From positions 1,260,001 through 1,292,000 of the forward strand of contig NC_013849.1 of assembly GCF_000025505.1 (NCBI RefSeq): 32,000 nucleotides of DNA. The letters run 5' to 3'. Of the stretch, positions 26,556 through 32,000 are shown piece after piece. Both the position numbers and the translations under genes were made by a program. The stretch comes from Ferroglobus placidus DSM 10642 (GTDB taxonomy: Archaea; Halobacteriota; Archaeoglobi; Archaeoglobales; Archaeoglobaceae). The notes beneath the pieces were generated by a model. It searched no databases and was not told the DNA's origin. It saw only the letters and a list, made by a program, of their open reading frames with translations. Position 1 is the first letter of the stretch. Every line of letters starts with the position of its first letter.

Positions 26556-27505
26556 TAATCGAAGTAAAAGATCTCGTCACTGAATTCAAAACGAGCAGAG
26601 GAATTTTGAAAGCGTTGGATAGAGTCAGCTTGAATGTTAATAAAGGAGAGTTCGTCGGAATCGTTGGAGAATCCGGCTGCGGGAAAAGCACCCTCGCTTA
26701 TTCGATAATGAGGTTGATCAGGAAACCCGGAAGAATAGTTTCGGGTAGCATAATTTTCGAAGGTAAGGATTTGCTGAAGTTAAGCGAGGAGGAGATGAGA
26801 AAAATCAGAGGGAAGGACATAGGGATGGTTTTTCAAGACCCTATGACGAGTCTCGATCCTTTGGAAAGGATTGGGGATCAGTTCGTTGAAATGCTGACCG
26901 AGCACGGAGTTGATGAGGAAGAGGCTGAGGAAATTGCCAAGAAATCGCTCGAAAATGTTGGCTTGCCGGCTGAGATGTTCCACAACTACCCCCATCAGCT
27001 CAGCGGTGGGCAAAGGCAGAGAGTTGTTATAGCGATGGCCGTGGCGATGAATCCGAAGCTTTTAATAGCTGACGAACCCACTACAGCTCTTGACGTCATA
27101 GTTCAGGAGAAGATTATGGATTTGCTGGAGGAGCTAAAGAAAGGAGAGAGGTCGATTTTGCTCATAACTCACGATTTCAGTCTTGCGGCTGAGAGAAGTG
27201 ACAAAATAGCTGTGATGTACGCTGGATGGATAGTAGAATATGGAGATGCGGAGAGGGTAGTTAGCGAACCGCTACATCCTTATTCTGCTGGCTTGATATC
27301 TTCGGTTCCAGATCTATGGCTTGACAGAGAAATTAAGCCCCTCCCCGGCTCTCCTCCGGACCTCGTGAACCCTCCGGAGGGATGTAGGTTTAGAGACAGG
27401 TGTCCTAAAGCGATGGAAATATGTAAGAAGGAGCCGGTCACAGTTAGTGTTGGAGACAGAATCGTGAAATGCTGGTTGTACGGTGAGGGAAATGTTGAGA
27501 GTTGA
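26552..27505 (+). CDS. dppD: ABC transporter ATPase (DppD/OppD family)
   Basis: Walker A GESGCGKST, signature LSGGQRQR, Walker B LLIADEPTTALD; C-terminal Cys motif CRFRDRCPKAMEIC. Start ATG 26552. Confidence 0.94.
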   Translation: MIIEVKDLVTEFKTSRGILKALDRVSLNVNKGEFVGIVGESGCGKSTLAYSIMRLIRKPGRIVSGSIIFEGKDLLKLSEEEMRKIRGKDIGMVFQDPMTSLDPLERIGDQFVEMLTEHGVDEEEAEEIAKKSLENVGLPAEMFHNYPHQLSGGQRQRVVIAMAVAMNPKLLIADEPTTALDVIVQEKIMDLLEELKKGERSILLITHDFSLAAERSDKIAVMYAGWIVEYGDAERVVSEPLHPYSAGLISSVPDLWLDREIKPLPGSPPDLVNPPEGCRFRDRCPKAMEICKKEPVTVSVGDRIVKCWLYGEGNVES

Positions 27506-28466
27506 GAACCTCAAAAAGTACTTTCCCGTTCAGAAATCTTTCATAGAGATGCTGTTTGCGAGAAAACTTGAGTTTATTAGGGCTGTTGACGGAGTGAGTT
27601 TCGAAGTAGATAGAGGAGAGGTTCTGTGCCTTGTTGGGGAATCCGGCTGCGGGAAAACCACAACCGGAAGAATGATCGTAAAGCTTGAGGAGCCGAGCGA
27701 CGGAAAGATAATTTTCAAGGGGAGAGATATAACGCATTTGGAAGGGGAAGAGCTTAGGGAGATAAGAAGGCATATCCAGATGGTTTTTCAGGACCCTTAC
27801 GCTTCCCTCAATCCGAGAATGACGATAGGAGAGCATTTGGTCGATCCTCTTTTGATCCACGACCTCGCTACGAGGGTGGAAGCTGAGGAAATAGCTAAAG
27901 ACATGCTGAACAAGGTCGGTTTGCCAGCTGAACAGTTCTTCAACCGCTTTCCCCATCAGCTCAGCGGCGGACAGAGGCAGAGGGTTGCGATTGCAAGAGC
28001 TATGATCCTCGAACCGGAGTTCGTGGTGGCTGACGAGCCGGTTTCCCAGATAGACGTATCTTTGAGAGCGGCAATACTTGAACTTCTGCTGAGGTTTAAG
28101 AGGGAGCTGAACCAATCGATGATCTTTATAACTCACGATTTGAGCATAACGAGGGTTATTGGAGACAGAATAGCTGTAATGTACCTCGGAAAGATCGTGG
28201 AGATGGGAGAGGTTAACTCTATCGTAAAAAGACCAATGCATCCCTACACAGCAGCTTTACTCTCTGCTGTTCCTTCATTTGTGAAGAAAAAGTTGAGGAT
28301 AGACGTAATTGGAGAAATAGCCAATCCGAGGGAAATCCCGAAAGGCTGTAGGTACTCTCCGAGGTGTCCCTTCGCAAAGGATGTTTGCAGAAAAGAAGAG
28401 CCAGAACTTGAAAAAGTCGAGGATAGGTTTGTTGCCTGCCACTTTCCGTTGGACGTTGAGTTTTAA
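27483..28466 (+). CDS. dppF: ABC transporter ATPase (DppF/OppF family)
   Basis: GESGCGKTT, LSGGQRQR, FVVADEPVSQID, C-terminal CRYSPRCPFAKDVC. Start could be 27492. Confidence 0.94.
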   Translation: MREMLRVENLKKYFPVQKSFIEMLFARKLEFIRAVDGVSFEVDRGEVLCLVGESGCGKTTTGRMIVKLEEPSDGKIIFKGRDITHLEGEELREIRRHIQMVFQDPYASLNPRMTIGEHLVDPLLIHDLATRVEAEEIAKDMLNKVGLPAEQFFNRFPHQLSGGQRQRVAIARAMILEPEFVVADEPVSQIDVSLRAAILELLLRFKRELNQSMIFITHDLSITRVIGDRIAVMYLGKIVEMGEVNSIVKRPMHPYTAALLSAVPSFVKKKLRIDVIGEIANPREIPKGCRYSPRCPFAKDVCRKEEPELEKVEDRFVACHFPLDVEF

Positions 28467-28467
28467 G

Positions 28468-30123
28468 CTACGGGTGCGTGTATATCGCCAGAACGCTCTC
28501 TTCACTCGCCTTCTCTATTCTGCAGAACGCAAACCTCTCGAACTGGACGACCTTGTCAACCTCCTTGACGACGTTGTCCTCAACTAAACCTTCGTAATCT
28601 CTTTCCACTCCGAGAACTCTGCATTTCAAAGCCTGACTTTTGGGAAGCCAGTGAATTATGTTCCTTCCTTTCTTAGCCTCTTTAAGCTCGAAGCTTACGA
28701 ATTCGGCTTTGAAGTTCTCCCTCAAAAGTATGTTGCAGAAGTCCTTCAGCCTTACTTCCTTACCTTTAAACCTCTCGAAGTCGTCTCTCGTTAGGTAAAC
28801 TCTTCTCTCCCCTTTCAGAACTCTCTTATCTTTTTTGTTTGGATGAAGCGGAACTTCCACTTCTCTCTCTTCCAGCCCCTCTATTTCTATCTCTACTGGA
28901 TCCCAGACGAAGAAGTATCTGTTAGCTTTTTTGTCAACTATCTTTCTGTTCTCAGCGTAGAGGTTTTTCATGCTCACGCTCACGTCGTTTTCTCCAACGC
29001 CGAGGGAGATGAAGAAGTTCCTTATGGCTTCCGGCTCGAATCCCCTCCTTCTCAAAGCCTTTAGAGTCGGCAATCTCGGATCGTCCCAGCCGGTAAATTT
29101 GCCCTCTTCTATCGCCTTTTTTATGCTGCTCGTCGACAACTTTCCGAACTCGTGGATGCTCACCCTTCCCCAGAGCTTCACGACCGGATACTCCCAGCCG
29201 AAGTATTCGTAGATGTACCTCTGCCTCTTCTCCGAATCAGCCAGATCCTTTCCCCTCAGTATGTGGGTTACACCGAGCAAATGGTCTTCTATAGCAGATT
29301 CGAAGTCGAGGGTGGGGTAGACGAAGTAAGCGTCGCCAACAAGTGGGTGAGACTCGTAAATTATTCTGAAGGCGACCCAGTCCCTAACAGCCGGATCCTT
29401 GTGCTTCATATCGGTTTTTATCCTTAAAACCGCTTCTCCTTCTTTGTATTCACCTTCGAGCATCTTTCTCCAGAATTCGAGGTTGTCTTCTGCAGGAGTG
29501 TTCCTGTGGGGACACTCTTCTCCCGCGTCTTTGTATTTCTTAAACTCCTCCCTCTCGCAAAAGCAAACGTAGGCTTTTCCCATTTCTATGAGCTTTTCAG
29601 CGTATTCGTAGTAAATGGGAATTCTCTTCGAAGCGTAAACAACTTCATCCGGCTTCGCTCCGAGCCACTCGCAATCCTCTAAGTACCAGTCGTAGGCTTC
29701 GATCATCGGTCTTTTAGTTCTCGGGTCGGTGTCGTCGAAGCGAAGTATGAACTTTCCTTTGTACATTTTCGCGTACTCGTGGTTGATCACTATCCCTCTT
29801 GCCGAGCCGAGGGTTGGAGGACCGTTCGGATTTGGGGCGAAGCGCATGACTACTTTACCTTTCACGTTTTCGAGGGGAGGAAGTTTTCTCTCCTCCACTC
29901 TTTCTTCCTTCTCCTCAACGTATTTCCTGAAGAGCTCCTCCTTTTCTTCCTCACTCAAACTTTCGAACCACTCTATCGTCTTTCTTATCTCTTCGAGAAG
30001 TTCTTTAGCTTTGCTCCTCAATTCGGGATTTTCAGCAATTATCTTTCCAATTACAGCTTTTTCGTTCGCCTTTCCGTATTTAGCAGCGTTCCTAACAACG
30101 TGCTTTACAATCAGCTCTTTCAT
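28468..30123 (-). CDS. gltX: Glutamyl-tRNA synthetase (archaeal type)
   Basis: RFAPNPNGPPTLGSARG, FILRFDDTDPRTKRP, FGKLSTSSIKKAIEEG. Confidence 0.95.
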   Translation of the reverse strand: MKELIVKHVVRNAAKYGKANEKAVIGKIIAENPELRSKAKELLEEIRKTIEWFESLSEEEKEELFRKYVEEKEERVEERKLPPLENVKGKVVMRFAPNPNGPPTLGSARGIVINHEYAKMYKGKFILRFDDTDPRTKRPMIEAYDWYLEDCEWLGAKPDEVVYASKRIPIYYEYAEKLIEMGKAYVCFCEREEFKKYKDAGEECPHRNTPAEDNLEFWRKMLEGEYKEGEAVLRIKTDMKHKDPAVRDWVAFRIIYESHPLVGDAYFVYPTLDFESAIEDHLLGVTHILRGKDLADSEKRQRYIYEYFGWEYPVVKLWGRVSIHEFGKLSTSSIKKAIEEGKFTGWDDPRLPTLKALRRRGFEPEAIRNFFISLGVGENDVSVSMKNLYAENRKIVDKKANRYFFVWDPVEIEIEGLEEREVEVPLHPNKKDKRVLKGERRVYLTRDDFERFKGKEVRLKDFCNILLRENFKAEFVSFELKEAKKGRNIIHWLPKSQALKCRVLGVERDYEGLVEDNVVKEVDKVVQFERFAFCRIEKASEESVLAIYTHP

Positions 30124-31079
30124 CAGTAATCCCTCTTTACGAAGAATTCCGCAAGAGCTTCAAGCAGCTTTCTCCCTTCGTTATTCTTGAGAACTTTCAG
30201 TTCTTCTCTCGCTTTGTTCAGATATTCAAGAGCTTTATTTTCCGCGTACTCTATAGCTCCGCACTCTATGAGCTTTTTAACGTCCCTCTCAATTACTTCG
30301 ATCTCAGCCTTCCCCTTTCCGAAGCTTTCAAGCTCGACTCCCTCTTCGAAGGCTTTTATAACTATAAGCGTCTTCTTTCCCTCAACGAGGTCGCTTCCCC
30401 AATCCTTTCCGATCTTTTCCTTTCCGAGGAGGTCGAGGATGTCGTCTTTGATTTGAAAAGCGATTCCCGCGTTGATTCCGTAATTCCACAGAGCTTTTTC
30501 GTATTTCTTCTCTCCGAAAAGGATGGCTGGAATCGAGGAAGACAAAGCTATGAGAACGGAAGTCTTTTTTCTAACCATTTCCAAGTACTCCTCTTCACTA
30601 ACGAACTCCCTCTCCTCGAACTCTATGTCCATCTGCTGACCTTCGCATATTTCAACGCAGACTTCTGCAAGCTTCCTCATTCCGTTAACTAAGTTCTCGC
30701 TTTCAACCTCGCAGTAACTCATGATTTTGAAAGCCTCGGCAAAGAGCGTGTCTCCGGCTAAAATAGCTGTTGGCACTCCGTAGATGGTGTGGACGGTCTT
30801 TACTCCCCTTCTCAGCTCGTCTTCGTCCATTATGTCGTCGTGAATTAGGGTGAAGTTGTGTACGACCTCTATAGCCACCGCCGCTGGTAAAATTTTTCTG
30901 TAGTCTCTCTCTATGGCTTCGCAGGCTATTAAAGATAGAACCGGTCTTAGCCTCTTTCCTCCGGCGTTAATCAAATGTCTTGCAGCCTTGTAAAGTTTTT
31001 CGGGCTCTTTTACCGGAAGGAATTTCTTAATCTCATCGTTCACGATTTCTGCCCTCTTCTTAATCTCTTCCACTATCAT
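30123..31079 (-). CDS. idsA: Polyprenyl (geranylgeranyl/farnesyl) diphosphate synthase
   Basis: GGKRLRPVLSLI, first Asp-rich motif LIHDDIMDED, second motif FQIKDDILD. Start at MIVEEIKK. Confidence 0.93.
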   Translation of the reverse strand: MIVEEIKKRAEIVNDEIKKFLPVKEPEKLYKAARHLINAGGKRLRPVLSLIACEAIERDYRKILPAAVAIEVVHNFTLIHDDIMDEDELRRGVKTVHTIYGVPTAILAGDTLFAEAFKIMSYCEVESENLVNGMRKLAEVCVEICEGQQMDIEFEEREFVSEEEYLEMVRKKTSVLIALSSSIPAILFGEKKYEKALWNYGINAGIAFQIKDDILDLLGKEKIGKDWGSDLVEGKKTLIVIKAFEEGVELESFGKGKAEIEVIERDVKKLIECGAIEYAENKALEYLNKAREELKVLKNNEGRKLLEALAEFFVKRDY

Positions 31080-31080
31080 T

Positions 31081-32000
31081 CTACCTCCTCCTTGCGAACA
31101 CCTCAACACTTATCTCTCTGAATTCGAGCCACTCTCTGAACTTTCCGGTGATGAAAAGGGGGGCTTTTCTGAGATCTTTCACGCTCTTACAGCCGGTGAG
31201 GAACATCGCTGTTTTTAAACTTTCCACGAAATACTTAACCTTCCTCTTCACCTCTTCCTCGCTAATGGTGGCTGGCTTTAAAAAGGGTAGAGCGATTCCC
31301 GCCGCTTCAGCTCCTAACGCGAGAGCTTTTGCAACGTCGATCCCGCTTCTTATCCCTCCAGTGGCTATCGTCGGCAGGATGTCGTGCACTTCGGCAACGC
31401 AGAAAGCGGTGGGAATTCCCCAGTCCCAGAAGTCTAAAGCGACTTCTCTCATAACGTCGTCCTTTATTCTGAAAACCTCTACAGCACTCCAACTCGTTCC
31501 TCCCTTCCCTCCGACGTCTATAGCTGAAACTCCCGCCTCCCTCAGCTCGAAGGCTACTTCTCTCGAAATTCCTGCTCCTGTCTCTTTAGCTATAATCGGA
31601 ACTTTCAAGCTGCACGCTTCTTCGAGAGCTTCTTTAGCTCCTTCAGCCTTTTTATCGCCCTCCGGCTGAACCGCTTCCTGCAAAAAGTTCAGGTGAATCG
31701 CTAAAGCGTCAGCGTCGATCATCTCTACAGCTTTTTCCGCATACTCTACACCGCTTTCAAGCAGCTGGGATATCCCTATATTGGCTATGACGAAAGCGTT
31801 TGGAGCCTTTTCCCTCACGATTGCGTAAGTATCTACAAGACTATCGTCCTCGATCCCAGCCCTCTGGCTTCCTACGCCGATTCCAATTTTAAATTCCTCA
31901 GCAGCTGCAGCCAAATTCTCGTTAATTCTTTTCGTCTCCGGGTGTCCACCGGTCATTCCGGCAATTATTATGGGAGCGTTAAGCTTTTTTCCGAGAAATT
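31081..32000 (-). CDS. fni: Type 2 isopentenyl-diphosphate delta-isomerase, N-terminus beyond the window
   Basis: Continues open to the window edge (FLGKKLNAPIIIAGMTGGHPETKRIN); IGVGSQRAG, HLNFLQEAVQPEG, GGKGGTSW, ATGGIRSGIDVAKALALGA. Confidence 0.93.
   Translation of the reverse strand, partial: FLGKKLNAPIIIAGMTGGHPETKRINENLAAAAEEFKIGIGVGSQRAGIEDDSLVDTYAIVREKAPNAFVIANIGISQLLESGVEYAEKAVEMIDADALAIHLNFLQEAVQPEGDKKAEGAKEALEEACSLKVPIIAKETGAGISREVAFELREAGVSAIDVGGKGGTSWSAVEVFRIKDDVMREVALDFWDWGIPTAFCVAEVHDILPTIATGGIRSGIDVAKALALGAEAAGIALPFLKPATISEEEVKRKVKYFVESLKTAMFLTGCKSVKDLRKAPLFITGKFREWLEFREISVEVFARRR

Noticed and set aside
27444-28241. 265-aa minus-strand ORF opposite dppF
   Set aside because: Complete overlap with a canonical ABC ATPase gene; its composition looks like the mirror of the coding frame.
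1-32000. CRISPR array near the Csx1-like gene
   Set aside because: No regularly spaced direct repeats of 24-37 bp were seen on reading; the only clear direct repeat is the IS target duplication. This was a visual read only.

Overview
This 32 kb window looks like the chromosome of a hyperthermophilic euryarchaeon. The gene repertoire (archaeal PolB, Pus10, DphB, IdsA/Fni isoprenoid genes, ADP-forming acyl-CoA synthetase, AOR) suggests Archaeoglobales; that assignment is inference. Much of it is ordinary: a partial class III CoA-transferase, pus10, an LEA14-like lipoprotein, an MHS/MFS transporter, a DHH phosphoesterase, dphB, polB, a HDAC-like hydrolase, acyl-CoA ligases, an SCP2/Fe-ADH/AOR cluster, tRNA-Thr, a leuD-type gene, a complete ISA1214-like insertion sequence, a five-gene Dpp/Opp ABC operon, gltX, idsA and a partial fni. 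The less ordinary items, several absent from the supplied ORF track, are: (1) two perfect-architecture archaeal C/D box sRNAs (about 3938-3992 and 13661-13714); (2) a stand-alone Csx1-like CARF-HEPN protein whose CARF domain is split between two frames with a CCCGGGA heptamer at the possible junction, followed by a predicted membrane-anchored zinc-dependent phospholipase C/P1-nuclease-like protein; (3) two related Cys-rich microproteins (MKC-x2-D-x3-DC...C-x2-CPI); (4) a zinc-ribbon microprotein coupled to leuD; (5) a small Cys-rich protein plus an unrecognised protein next to a CoA-transferase, possibly an undescribed enzyme module; (6) an MHS transporter with a long C-terminal CBS array. No CRISPR array was seen.
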